From Octopus vulgaris (taxonomy: Eukaryota), in contig OX597815.1 of NCBI GenBank assembly GCA_951406725.2, positions 64,604,001 through 64,668,000 of the forward strand: a DNA stretch of 64,000 nucleotides. Direction: 5' to 3'. The notes beneath the pieces are model-generated. The model saw nothing but the letters and a program-made list of their open reading frames with translations, did not search any database and was not told the DNA's origin. Positions 13,711 through 28,206 of this stretch are shown here, one piece after another. The stretch's first letter is position 1, and every line of letters begins with the position of its first letter. A program made the position numbers and the translations under genes.

Positions 13711-14224
13711 AAAGAGTATATCTTCTTTCTTCTAATGGTTTCAGCCAGAGGCCATCCTGGGGTACCACCTTAGGTGAGGTGTTTATTTGTCCAAATATTT
13801 GTTTAAATATTCTTTGAAAACCTCCACATCTACACCTCACAGATCTTATGATGTTTGGCAGAATGTTAAAAAGTTATGAGCGTTTGAAACCCAAACTATT
13901 TTAGTTCTAGGGCCCAATTCTAGATGTGGAAGACAGGATCTTTGGTAGTATACAGTGCCGTCCAGTTCGGTGGTTAGTATAGCGTTCAGCTCCAAAAAGG
14001 GAGACAGACCGTCGAAGATTTTCCATAAGTATGTCACTGCATATCTTCCGCGTCTTCTCTCTGAGGTGTAGGGCCTCAGTCATCTTAGCCACTACCAGTA
14101 GAATTGTGGGATCTATATTGATCGGTAGTCAGATATGCAAACAGACAGATAGACAGATAGATAGACAGACAGACATACAGACAGGCGCATAGATAGATAG
14201 AAAGATACACACATATACATATAC

Positions 14225-14274
<50 letters not shown>

Positions 14275-14322
14275 GTGGATTACACACACACATACACATG
14301 CATATGTATATGTATATGCATC

Positions 14323-14368
<46 letters not shown>

Positions 14369-14534
14369 TATATGTACGTATGTAGGTAGGTAGGTATATG
14401 TATATATACATACATACAAACATACACACAATCGCGCGCGCGCACTGGCACAAACAAACATACATATATATATATGAGTAAATGGACAAACGAAAGAAAA
14501 AGCACTCAGTAAGGATTAATTATTATTATCATTA

Positions 14535-15055
14535 TTGTGTAGGAGAGCAGTCCATGTCATCAAAATGAAACTGGGGTAAAATATACGAAGCCCAGTATAC
14601 CCATCATGACTACCTGTCTGGTAAGGGTACATCAGGCACATACATCACAACCATATGTGCGCAACATGGTGATTTCATATCAAGATAAACAGTGCATGAC
14701 CTTGCAGGTGGGGCCCTAGTTAGAATTTTCTTCGGGTTGAGTAGCCCATCCCGCTCAAAAGGTTCCTGAATAAGGATTGTTTAAGGATGATGAACAAAAC
14801 ACCCATGTTTCCAAGGGTGAATTATCCAAACCCCAAAGAATTTCTCTCAACACATGGCTATGATGCTCCCCCACTACTTCTGCTCGTGATCAGAGATGCA
14901 CATGTCATCAGCCACCAAGGGACATGCTCACTTGGTTAAGGTCAAGCAACTGACAAGCAAATCTGTAGTACTGGGCCGAATATTTGCTGTAGCCCATCTT
15001 TTATACCAAGACAAAACAATGTACATGATAACACTTCCAATCAGTTAATATCAGA
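14535..15055 (-). repeat. About 550-bp repeat in (ATT)n, probably the 5' region of the Dong/R4 element; second copy 17534-18091
   Basis: Two highly similar copies, both bounded by (ATT)n and adjacent to Dong/R4 pieces. Confidence 0.7.
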
Positions 15056-15073
15056 TTATTATTATTATTATTA

Positions 15074-15739
15074 TTCAGTAGTTTTATTCTTATAGCGTGC
15101 TTTCACTTCACTACCGAGCGCAGCTCTGTGTGCCTTCTGGTTTTGCTGTTTCATTTGATTTGGGAATTAAGATGGTTTTTCCCCTTCGTGAGCCATTCAG
15201 GCATTGTCTCTGGCTCTGCTAGTATGCTGTTAAAGTTTTCAGCCAGCTTTTTGTGCATTCCTGTTAGATATTTCAACCAGAAGTTGGGGATCTTGTCATG
15301 CCCAGGTGCTTTCCAGTTGCTTAGTCTTTGCAGTGCCTGGGTGACCTCTTCAGTTGTTATGGGGGTCCAAAGTTGTTCAGATGCCGAGTTTGTTATTTTG
15401 ATACTCCTTTTTTTTGGCTGTTCGTTCGCCGACCATATTTCTCTCCAGAATTCTTCCAATTCTTCTGCCGTTGGTGCTGCAGTGACTTCTATTTTATTTT
15501 TTTCCAGTTCTTGGTAGAACTTTTTGGGGTTGGAGTTGAACTTTTTGTTCTGTTCAAAGAAGCGTTGGCGTTTCTCGTACCGGCGGATCCTTTGAGCTTT
15601 GGCAAGGATATCTTGCTTCAGCTTTTCTGTTATCTCCGGCAAATCTTTTTCTGTGATGTTATATTTGCGGAGCATTTTTGTTCTCTTTTTGTTGCTCAGT
15701 AGCGTTGATTGTTTTCTTTTTGTTGTTCAGTAGCGTTGA

Positions 15740-15740
<1 letters not shown>
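15074..15740 (-). mobile_element. Dong/R4-like LINE, internally deleted
   Basis: AKAQRIRRYEKR and NWKAPGHDKIPNFWLK joined directly to the 3' UTR and (TAA)n tail. Confidence 0.88.
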
Positions 15741-15827
<87 letters not shown>

Positions 15828-15831
<4 letters not shown>

Positions 15832-17497
15832 TAGTTTTATTTTTATGGCGTGCTTTCACTTCACTACTGAGCGCAGATCTGTGTGCCTTAGGTATGTGCT
15901 GTGATTTGTTGTGATGCTCTGATGGTTATTATATGGAAAGTGTTCTGCGTAGAATGTGTGCAGTGCCTAGTAGTGCAATTTTCTGTATGTTATATGTGTT
16001 TGTAAGTCCTGGTGTTTTTGTTATGTATTTGTCTGAATATTTTTTTATCATGCCTAATGCACCTACTATGATAGGAATTGTTTCTGTTTTTAGATTCCAC
16101 ATTCTGGTTGCCTCTATTTCCAGGTCTTTGTATTTTGAAAGCTTCTCCATTTCTTTTAGAGACACGTTGTCATCTGCCGGTATTGATACATCAATTAGAA
16201 AGCATTTTTTTTCTTCATGATCTCTGACAACTATATCTGGTCTGTTGGCCTTAATTTCTCTATCTGTGTGTATCGGCATATCCCAGAGTATGGTTGCTTT
16301 CTCGTTTTCTGTGACATTTTCTGGTGTGTGCCTATACCATCTTTTTTCTGTTGTTATTCCATAATGTTGGCATAGCTTCAAGTGTATGTAGGTTCCAACT
16401 CTGTCATGTCTGTGAATATATTCCTTCTTAGCCAGAGATAATATGATTTATTGTTTCTTGTCCATCTCCACATATTCTGCAGTTACTTGTTATATTTCTT
16501 TTCATTACATGTTTTTAGTAATTTCTGGTGGGAGGCTTTGGTCTTGTGCTGCAATTAAAAATCCCTCTGTCTCTGCTTAAGTCCTGAGCTTCTCAACCAT
16601 TGCTGGGATTTTTCTTTGTCTATTTCTTTTGCGTTTAGTTTAGTGCAGTATTTACCATGAAGGGGCTTTTCTTGCCATCGTTTTATCATGTTCCGTTGCT
16701 GTTCATGTTCCGTTGCTGTTCCGTTGCGGATCCTTTGTGCTTTGGCAAGGATATCTTGCTTCAGCTTTTCTTTTATCTCAGGTAAATCTTTTTCTGTGAT
16801 GTTATATTTGCGGAGTATTTTTGTTTTCTTTTTGTTGCTCAGTAGCGTTAATTGTCTACTGATTTCATTAAGAATCGACAGATCTTTTCTCATTTTTTTA
16901 TTTTGTTTTGGATGTTATTTATCCACAGGGTTTGCTTGGGTGGTGGTACTCCTGTTTGGCTGGGTTTGAGTGAGTATCCAGCTTCTTTTGTGGCTGCAGT
17001 GGATGCTGCGTATACTAAGTCATTTAGCTCAGTGATATCGCTTTTTGTTTCAGTGGCTATTAGTTCCGTGACGGCTGTTTATAATTGGTGTAATTGTTTC
17101 GTCTATTTTGATTTTTGGGAGGTATGGTCGGTGGTCCATTTTGAGCTCTGTGGTTTTCAGTTCTTTGATTATTTTACTTTTTATATTATTATAATCGTTA
17201 GGCTCCCCTTCGTTGTTTCCAGGTTTTAGATTTGTGTCGCTTTCTTTCTTATTTATATGTTTGTTTGCTGTGTTTTGGCTTGTTGTTTGTCGTATTATTA
17301 TGCATCCTTACGGTCTGGGTTTGTTGTTTTTGTTTACATCGTGTTTGTTGGGAATGCTACATTTGTCTTCGTGTTTTACTGTTTCAGTATTTATATTATT
17401 GGGCATTGTTGTGTGGCTTCTATCTACATTTTCCTGGTGTATTTTTTCTTTTAGCTGTTCTATTTCTATTTCTGATATTTTTTTTGCGTTGAGAATG

Positions 17498-17500
<3 letters not shown>
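15828..17500 (-). mobile_element. Dong/R4-like LINE with the RT deleted (N-terminal region plus RLE)
   Basis: RLE motifs ILWDMPIHTD, NRPDIVV, LIDVSIP, KYKDL, IIVGALG; (TAA)n tail. Confidence 0.9.
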
Positions 17501-17533
<33 letters not shown>

Positions 17534-17534
<1 letters not shown>

Positions 17535-18088
17535 GAGTGAGAGAGCAGTTCATGCCATCAAAGTGACACTGGGGTAAAATATACGAAGCCCAATATACAC
17601 ATCATGACTACCCGTCTGATAAGGGTACACCAGGCACATGCATCACAACCATATGTGCGCAACATGGTGATCTCATATCAAGATAAACAGCACATGACCT
17701 TGCAGGTGGGGCCCAGTTAGAATTTTCTTCAGGTTGAGTAGCCCATCCCGCTCCAAAGGTCCCTGAATAAAGGTTGTTTAAGGATGTTGAAAGAACCACC
17801 CATGTTTCCAGAGGTGAATTATTCAAACCCCAAAAAATCCCTCTCAACACATGGCTATGATGCTCCCCCACTACTTCTGCTCATGATCAGAGATGCACAT
17901 ATCGTCAACCACTAAGGGACATGCTCAACTGGTTAAGGTCAAACAACTGACAAGCAAATCTGTGGTATTAAGCAGAATATTTGCTGTAGCCCATATTTTA
18001 TACCAAGACGAAACAATGTACATGATAACACTTCCAATCAGTTAAGATCAGAAGCCATGAGAACCTCTGCCTGGCACTGCATCAGGGC

Positions 18089-18091
<3 letters not shown>
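17534..18091 (-). repeat. Second copy of the 550-bp (ATT)n-associated repeat
   Basis: Matches 14535-15055; lies directly 5' of the Dong/R4 body on the minus strand. Confidence 0.7.
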
Positions 18092-18160
<69 letters not shown>

Positions 18161-18250
18161 CATCATTCGGTAATCTGAGCCTGCATGAATCAGGTTCTGT
18201 TAGAAGCTTGTGAAGCTGTAAGTCGCATGAAACCGAATCAAGTTGTTTTA

Positions 18251-18321
18251 AAGAAGAAGAAGAAGAAGAAGAAGAAGAAGAAGAAGAAGAAGAAGAAGAA
18301 GAAGACGAAGAAGAAGAGGAA

Positions 18322-18356
<35 letters not shown>

Positions 18357-18381
18357 AGAAGAAGAAGAAGATGAAGAAGAA

Positions 18382-18428
<47 letters not shown>

Positions 18429-18512
18429 AGAAGAAGAAGAAGAAGAAGAAGAAGAAGAAGAAGAAGAAGAAGAAGAAGAAGAAGAAGAAGAAGAAGAAGA
18501 AGAAGAAGAAGA
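18251..18512. repeat. (GAA)n microsatellite
   Basis: Directly visible; the poly-K and poly-L ORFs over it are artefacts. Confidence 0.97.
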
Positions 18513-18986
18513 GTATTAATCGCCTTTAATCCATCGTCAGTATCCTGCGTAATCTCCATCCTCTGCTCGCAATCTGATAACGTATCAGAGTATTCTTACT
18601 GCAAGCTCTTAACAGATTTCTCCTTCACTGTTACTATATACCCTCCTGCTATTTTACTCCCTTCAGTAAACCCTTAATAAATGTCAGACTTTGTGACTTT
18701 TCTGCTTTCAACCGCATCCTTGACCACGTTATCATTTCATCTTGCATTGAAAGGACGTTCGCCATGATCTGCTGAACTACAAAGAAGAGGACAAGTCATC
18801 CATGAAGACCTTCTCAGGCGATTGAATCTTGGCCATATACATGTACATACACATCTTTCTCACTCTCCTTCTCTCTCTATCTCTGTGCCTCTCTTTCTAT
18901 ATATATATAGAGAGAGATAGAGAGGAAGAGAGAGAGACTACGCCATCCCTACGCACGCACACAAACATATACTTACTAACATATAA

Positions 18987-19040
<54 letters not shown>

Positions 19041-19149
19041 GTGTGTGTGTGTGTGTGTATGTATACTTTTGTCTGTATATGCATATATAAAAATATGTTC
19101 ACATATATAAGTAGATATATCTATATATCTACATATATGTGTATGTATG

Positions 19150-19210
<61 letters not shown>

Positions 19211-19315
19211 TATATACATACATATATGTGTGTATGTATGTATATATGTATGTATGTGTGTGTACATATACATATATCTATATATGTATACATTTATGTG
19301 AATATGTATGCATCA

Positions 19316-19363
<48 letters not shown>

Positions 19364-19846
19364 ATATATAAATGCATGCATATGCATACATATACATACA
19401 CTTATATATTTATATACATATACATTGCAGACATATATACATGATACTTTTTGTAACATTTCTAATGTTTAACGGTGCTGATTGTAATATTATGTCTTTT
19501 AGCTCATAAGTCTGTTTTAGAATTTTCTCTGCGACAAAATATTATGTCTACCACTGATACACATTTATGTATACATTATAAATGTTAAACACATGGCTAT
19601 CCTAATCTAGCGTTGTTTTTCGTGCGTAGGTTGAATTATATACATACACACACACAAGCACACACACACACGCACATAAACACACACACACATATATATA
19701 TACATATATATATATATATGAATGAATATACATGTGTGTATGTGTGTTCCTGCGTTTGTGTGCTTGTACGTGTGTGTGTGTGTGTGTGTGTGAATCTGTG
19801 TATGTGTATGTGTGTTTGTATTAATATGTAATATTTATGTATACAG

Positions 19847-19956
19847 TGCAGTACTTTAAACCCATTTCTGCCGATTTTATCAATCTGTTTTCGGCACACG
19901 TGACTTTGGTAAAACCTGTATCATCATTTATCAGAAGGGTTCGCAGTAAATTAAAA
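19847..19956 (+). CDS. Candidate cadherin NC-domain exon: QYFKPISADFINLF...SSFIRRVRSKLK
   Basis: tacAG acceptor, gtaagt donor, open frame, phase 1 to 0; resembles the recalled IS.EDFI...S.MDRFRDKL segment. Confidence 0.4.
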
Positions 19957-21629
19957 GTAAGTGACTAAGTTCTCAAGATTATTTTCAAAAACGTCCAGGA
20001 ATTAAAAAGAGACAGTAAAAGAGTAAGATACTGCAATATAAAGGCCGAGGAACATTGTTCGACTTGTCCTTCCATTTATAGATGGGCACCGATAAGAAAT
20101 TTGTTCTATCTGAAAAGTGAGTGTAGCTCCACGTAAGTCATCAATTTTTGTTTTTTCATAACTGGTAACAAGGAAGAAGAAAAAAAATAAAGAAGAAAAA
20201 GAAAACGGGGAAAGAACACTTACTCAAAAATTTCGTATAAATGTGATGGAGTGCTCCAGTCATTTTATGCATTGTTCCACGGTGTGACATTAGTCATTCA
20301 TAAATATATTTATATCCGTGTTCTGAGAACGTGTACTTTCAGGCGTTCTTCAAATTTACAGGCGTTTGATGTAAAACGTTCGGTAAGTTCCGTCGAACTG
20401 ATATTATACCTGACGTTGTACCTATGGCCATTGAATTTTTCATTTAATTATTCTGTTGCACAGCTAACATAAATCAAGTTGGGTTTAATGCCAATTAATC
20501 ACTAAAAGAATTCGGTCATTAATTTTACTTTGATAGCTAAAATTAGGCATAAAAATTTGATTCCGAAAACTGCCGCAAGAGGAGTAATGACAGAACTCCG
20601 TCACACTGGCACAAAATTTTTGAGAATGTGTTCTCTTTCCTGTTTTCTCTATTGTCCTTCTTTCTTGTTTTTCTTTCCATATTCTTTGTTACTTATTTTA
20701 AAAAAAGCGAAACGCAAAATATTTCAGTTTAAATTTTGAACTCATGAATTTCTATGCATTTTAATTTTCTTTTTCATATTGAACCCGACGAAGGCAGACA
20801 CACCCTCGAAAGATTGTCCAATTCCTAAAATAGTCAATCTCAATTTATTACAAATCATATCGCGCTCTACACATTGTGTATTTACCTTCAATCTTCGTAA
20901 ATTATCATTATTGTTATTATTATATTCGCCCACCGTACAAAATGCTTTGCGGTATTTCGTCCGTCCTTACGTTCTGAGTTTCAAATTCTGAAAAATTATG
21001 CTTTTCAGTCATATCGGGATCAATAAAATGCGTATTAGTGGAGCAGTGGGATCCATGCAATCAACTGATTCCCTCCCTCACAAACTGCAGGCCTTGTGCC
21101 AAAATTTGAAATCATTATCATTATCATTATTCAGGCTGCGAGCTGGCAGAATCGTTAGCATGCCGAGAAAATGCTTATCAGCATTCCGTCAGTCTTTATG
21201 TTCTGGGTTCGAATTCGTCGAGGTCAGTTTTGGTTTTCATCTTTTCAGGGTCGATAGAATAAGTGTGTGTGCATGTGTGAGTGTATTTGTGTGTAATCGT
21301 TGTGTGCATGTTTCAACATGATCGATGTAATCAACTAGCCCCCTCCTCCAAAATTCCAGTCCCTGTGCCTATAGTAGAAAAGACTATTATTATTACACGC
21401 ACATATATATGCATACATGTATACACAGGCACACACACGTACATACACACAAACACATGAAAATGTATCTACATATCCATATGTATGTATGTATAAATAT
21501 ATATATTTCGATTGTAAATATTTATATTTACACTTGGTGTAGGATTACTTTGGTATCAAAATATTCACAAAAAACAAATCATATTTTTAATCGGAAAACA
21601 ATTTACCCAACATGCACACAACGATTACA

Positions 21630-21667
<38 letters not shown>

Positions 21668-21982
21668 CACGCACACACACAAACACACACATACACACAT
21701 ATACACAGAAAACCACATGTGAGTCAGTTTGTTCATTACATCTACGCATATTGTTTTAAGTGTATATTTTGTTTATTCATTGAGTTTTGTAACGGTGTTT
21801 TATTTCAAACGTGTTTATTTATATATATATATATATGCTAACCATTCCCCAAACATTTAAACATACTTTAGAATAATACTATAATGCAACTTTTCGAATA
21901 TTTAAGTAAACAAACATAAACAGTAACGACACGTAATATCCAGGGGGTTCCGCAATGAATTTCCAGATTTTCAAAAAGAGTA

Positions 21983-22037
<55 letters not shown>

Positions 22038-22043
22038 TATGTG

Positions 22044-22116
<73 letters not shown>

Positions 22117-22224
22117 GTGTGTATCTCTCTCTCGATATATATATATATGTAAGTATATGCATGCGGATATGTGTGTGTGATGTATGTGTGTATGTATATA
22201 TATATATATGTGTGAGTGTGTGTG

Positions 22225-22278
<54 letters not shown>

Positions 22279-22780
22279 CGCATACATACATCACGTATAC
22301 GTAGAAATGTATAAATATACACAAACACATATATAAACATAGATACAAATACACTCACACAAATGCATGTGTGTGTGTGTTCATATAGTGCATAAGAGTG
22401 GATATATAAATATTGGTTTCAAATTTTGGCACAGGACTAGCAATTTCGGCAGAGAAGCTAAATCGGTTAGATCGACTCCAATGTCCAACTGGAAAGATGT
22501 AAGGCAAAGATGTAAGGCAAAGATATAAGGCAAAGTCGACTTCGGCGGAATTTGAACTCAAAACGTAAAGCCGGACGAAACGCTGCAAAGCATTTCGCTT
22601 GTGTACTAACGATTCTGCCTGCTCGCCGCCTTTCGATATATAAGTATTAAAAAGAAAAGGTTGACGGTGACTTCGAAATTTCGGTTTGCTCTCATTGATT
22701 AGAGTGTCAAGCCGAAACATCGGAACTTTTTCCTAGTAAAAATTAACATGTACTCTAGTAATATAAACAGACAGACAGAC

Positions 22781-22863
<83 letters not shown>

Positions 22864-23039
22864 CCATTTATTATGCACAGTATTTAAATAAGTGCTACTA
22901 ATAGTTCCACGTCGTGAAAATACGATAATTCGATTTTTTTATATAACGTGCTTTGTGTCTGCAAGCAACTTTTCAGACTCGGCGCATATGGGTAGTCCTA
23001 TTTAAAACCCAGGCTGCTGATCTATGGGAAAACTCGGTA

Positions 23040-23745
23040 AAAATACGAGGAGGTTGATGCAAAAAGTGGAATGAGGAAACAAAGAGTAAATAAAACTCTC
23101 TGTCTGCTCTTTTTCCTTCCCTCATCTGTGACTTGAAGAATGGTTTTGGACAAGGAGATGTGGCGGGATATACGACCGACCAGGCAAGCTTCCGTCTTTT
23201 TACCTGAACAAGGAGTGGTTCCTGCTTACCAACGTATCTGTTCGGTTAGTGCTCTGCTCGCTTTGTGCTCTGTTCGCTTTGTGTTCTGTGTACAGGATGA
23301 ATGACAGTTTCTGAAGCACCAGTGCTCAAATTCCTGAATTCTTCACAAGTCAGCTGTAAGAGTTCAGCTCTCAATCCCATACAGAAGGATCGAAGTCACC
23401 AGGGTCTTGTTGGAAAAGATAATGGAATTTTTTTCAATATGTAGTTCAGCTTCGTCATGGCAGCAGAGGCTAAACTGAGCTTTGCTGTTATCTCCTTTTG
23501 AGATCTGCCGTATTAGGTCAAAGTGGATTCTAGGTACTTGAAGGTGTCTTCTTCATTAGGTCTCTCTCAGTTTAACATGATATCGGTTCCTGGGTTTTGG
23601 CTGTTACTATTAAATAGGATCTTGCTCTTTCCTGGGATGACATGTATCGCGTATGCTCCTGATACGGGTATAAGTCACTGTAATTCTGCTTTTCTGTTCA
23701 AAGAAGAGCAACAGCAACGTTGCTGATGAAACTCTCAAGCTTCTA
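23040..23745 (-). mobile_element. Decayed RTE-type LINE 3' fragment
   Basis: KSKIL, DTFKYLESTLT, TSILLYGIES.TL and RIQEFEHWCFR on the minus strand. Confidence 0.75.
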
Positions 23746-23894
23746 ACGAGAAAATAAAGAAACAATGAACATACCTTAATACATACATATACATATGTGT
23801 ATGTATGTATGTATGTATGTATGTATGTATGTATGTATGTATGTATGTATGTATGTATGTATGTATGTATGTATGTTTGTATGTATGTATGTAT

Positions 23895-24150
23895 ATTAAA
23901 ACGGAAAATGGGCGTCTCTCTCTCTGCCTGTTTGTCTGTATGTGTGCGTCACTAAAACTCGAGAACTACCCAACCGATTTCATTCAAATTATACACATGC
24001 CTTACTTAGGATCCATGTAGTGTCATGGCCAAAAGGATTTTCAACTTCTTGCCTAATGCGAGCGCGGAGCAATCTCTTATCTCTTACACTATTTCAGTAT
24101 TACGCGTCACTATTAATACTGAAACTATTAAAGTGAAACTATTATCTCAC
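23895..24150 (+). mobile_element. Partial copy of the Helitron 5' region
   Basis: Similar to about 7230-7445 (ctaaaact.gagaactac..., acacatgccttactt). Confidence 0.7.
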
Positions 24151-24186
24151 ATAAATATCTCACATACATACATGCATACACACACG

Positions 24187-24253
<67 letters not shown>

Positions 24254-24278
24254 ATTTATCTGTGCATATGTATGTATA

Positions 24279-24311
<33 letters not shown>

Positions 24312-24318
<7 letters not shown>

Positions 24319-27300
24319 GGTCCCGGGTTGATTCGGGGTTAACCACAGTAAGTAAGGTACTCAATACATAGCAGAGTAAAATTAATTTATTATATAGAAG
24401 GAGCTTCTACAGGACTAGTACTGTTTCATTCAAGAGAAATCTTCAGGAAGCTATTTAACAAGAATTGTATTAGCATTTATACATTTAGGCCCTTGGTGGG
24501 ATAGTAATGTTCTTCAGGGAAGTGTCGAGGTCGATTCTTGTCAGCATTTTTCTTGGTGATGGTTATAAGGGCACTAGGGTGTGCTAAGATATGTAGGTCC
24601 CGGGTTGATTCGGGGTTAACCACAGTAAGTAAGGTACTCAATACATAGCAGAGTAAAATTAATTTATTATATAGAAGGAGCTTCTACAGGACTAGTACTG
24701 TTTCATTCAAGAGAAATCTTCAGGAAGCTATTTAACAAGAATTGTATTAGCATTTATACATTTAGGCCCTTGGTGGGATAGTAATGTTCTTCAGGGAAGT
24801 GTCGAGGTCGATTCTTGTCAGCATTTTTCTTGGTGATGGTTATAAGGGCACTAGGGTGTGCTAAGATATGTAGGTCCCGGGTTGATTCGGGGTTAACCAC
24901 AGTAAGTAAGGTACTCAATACATAGCAGAGTAAAATTAATTTATTATATAGAAGGAGCTTCTACAGGACTAGTACTGTTTCATTCAAGAGAAATCTTCAG
25001 GAAGCTATTTAACAAGAATTGTATTAGCATTTATACATTTAGGCCCTTGGTGGGATAGTAATGTTCTTCAGGGAAGTGTCGAGGTCGATTCTTGTCAGCA
25101 TTTTTCTTGGTGATGGTTATAAGGGCACTAGGGTGTGCTAAGATATGTAGGTCCCGGGTTGATTCGGGGTTAACCACAGTAAGTAAGGTACTCAATACAT
25201 AGCAGAGTAAAATTAATTTATTATATAGAAGGAGCTTCTACAGGACTAGTACTGTTTCATTCAAGAGAAATCTTCAGGAAGCTATTTAACAAGAATTGTA
25301 TTAGCATTTATACATTTAGGCCCTTGGTGGGATAGTAATGTTCTTCAGGGAAGTGTCGAGGTCGATTCTTGTCAGCATTTTTCTTGGTGATGGTTATAAG
25401 GGCACTAGGGTGTGCTAAGATATGTAGGTCCCGGGTTGATTCGGGGTTAACCACAGTAAGTAAGGTACTCAATACATAGCAGAGTAAAATTAATTTATTA
25501 TATAGAAGGAGCTTCTACAGGACTAGTACTGTTTCATTCAAGAGAAATCTTCAGGAAGCTATTTAACAAGAATTGTATTAGCATTTATACATTTAGGCCC
25601 TTGGTGGGATAGTAATGTTCTTCAGGGAAGTGTCGAGGTCGATTCTTGTCAGCATTTTTCTTGGTGATGGTTATAAGGGCACTAGGGTGTGCTAAGATAT
25701 GTAGGTCCCGGGTTGATTCGGGGTTAACCACAGTAAGTAAGGTACTCAATACATAGCAGAGTAAAATTAATTTATTATATAGAAGGAGCTTCTACAGGAC
25801 TAGTACTGTTTCATTCAAGAGAAATCTTCAGGAAGCTATTTAACAAGAATTGTATTAGCATTTATACATTTAGGCCCTTGGTGGGATAGTAATGTTCTTC
25901 AGGAAGTGTCAAGGTCGATTCTTGTCAGCATTTTTCTTGGTGATGGTTATAAGGGCACTAGGGTGTGCTAAGATATGTAGGTCCCGGGTTGATTCGGGGT
26001 TAACCACATGCTATGTATTGAGTACCTTACTTACTGTGGTTAACCCCGAATCAACCCGGGACCTACATATCTTAGCACACCCTAGTGCCCTTATAACCAT
26101 CACCAAGAAAAATGCTGACAAGAATCGACCTCGACACTTCCCTGAAGAACATTACTATCCCACCAAGGGCCTAAATGTATAAATGCTAATACAATTCTTG
26201 TTAAATAGCTTCCTGAAGATTTCTCTTGAATGAAACAGTACTAGTCCTGTAGAAGCTCCTTCTATATAATAAATTAATTTTACTCTGCTATGTATTGAGT
26301 ACCTTACTTACTGTGGTTAACCCCGAATCAACCCGGGACCTACATATCTTAGCACACCCTAGTGCCCTTATAACCATCACCAAGAAAAATGCTGACAAGA
26401 ATCGACCTCGACACTTCCCTGAAGAACATTACTATCCCACCAAGGGCCTAAATGTATAAATGCTAATACAATTCTTGTTAAATAGCTTCCTGAAGATTTC
26501 TCTTGAATGAAACAGTACTAGTCCTGTAGAAGCTCCTTCTATATAATAAATTAATTTTACTCTGCTATGTATTGAGTACCTTACTTACTGTGGTTAACCC
26601 CGAATCAACCCGGGACCTACATATCTTAGCACACCCTAGTGCCCTTATAACCATCACCAAGAAAAATGCTGACAAGAATCGACCTCGACACTTCCCTGAA
26701 GAACATTACTATCCCACCAAGGGCCTAAATGTATAAATGCTAATACAATTCTTGTTAAATAGCTTCCTGAAGATTTCTCTTGAATGAAACAGTACTAGTC
26801 CTGTAGAAGCTCCTTCTATATAATAAATTAATTTTACTCTGCTATGTATTGAGTACCTTACTTACTGTGGTTAACCCCGAATCAACCCAGGACCTACATA
26901 TCTTAGCACACCCTAGTGCCCTTATAACCATCACCAAGAAAAATGCTGACAAGAATCGACCTCGACACTTCCCTGAAGAACATTACTATCCCACCAAGGG
27001 CCTAAATGTATAAATGCTAATACAATTCTTGTTAAATAGCTTCCTGAAGATTTCTCTTGAATGAAACAGTACTAGTCCTGTAGAAGCTCCTTCTATATAA
27101 TAAATTAATTTTACTCTGCTATGTATTGAGTACCTTACTTACTGTGGTTAACCCCGAATCAACCCGGGACCTACATATCTTAGCACACCCTAGTGCCCTT
27201 ATAACCATCACCAAGAAAATGCTGACAAGAATCGACCTCGACACTTCCCTGAAGAACATTACTATCCCACCAAGGGCCTAAATGTATAAATGCTAATACA

Positions 27301-28206
27301 ATTCTTGTTAAATAGCTTCCTGAAGATTTCTCTTGAATGAAACAGTACTAGTCCTGTAGAAGCTCCTTCTATATAATAAATTAATTTTACTCTGCTATGT
27401 ATTGAGTACCTTACTTACTGTGGTTAACCCCGAATCAACCCGGGACCTACATATCTTAGCACACCCTAGTGCCCTTATAACCATCACCAAGAAAAATGCT
27501 GACAAGAATCGACCTCGACACTTCCCTGAAGAACATTACTATCCCACCAAGGGCCTAAATGTATAAATGCTAATACAATTCTTGTTAAATAGCTTCCTGA
27601 AGATTTCTCTTGAATGAAACAGTACTAGTCCTGTAGAAGCTCCTTCTATATAATAAATTAATTTTACTCTGCTATGTATTGAGTACCTTACTTACTGTGG
27701 TTAACCCCGAATCAACCCGGGACCTACATATCTTAGCACACCCTAGTGCCCTTATAACCATCACCAAGAAAAATGCTGACAAGAATCGACCTCGACACTT
27801 CCCTGAAGAACATTACTATCCCACCAAGGGCCTAAATGTATAAATGCTAATACAATTCTTGTTAAATAGCTTCCTGAAGATTTCTCTTGAATGAAACAGT
27901 ACTAGTCCTGTAGAAGCTCCTTCTATATAATAAATTAATTTTACTCTGCTATGTATTGAGTACCTTACTTACTGTGGTTAACCCCGAATCAACCCGGGAC
28001 CTACATATCTTAGCACACCCTAGTGCCCTTATAACCATCACCAAGAAAAATGCTGACAAGAATCGACCTCGACACTTCCCTGAAGAACATTACTATCCCA
28101 CCAAGGGCCTAAATGTATAAATGCTAATACAATTCTTGTTAAATAGCTTCCTGAAGATTTCTCTTGAATGAAACAGTACTAGTCCTGTAGAAGCTCCTTC
28201 TATATA

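Noticed and set aside
25892-26182. 96-aa ORF across the array centre
   Set aside because: Created by a 1-nt deletion plus the inversion junction; absent from normal units.
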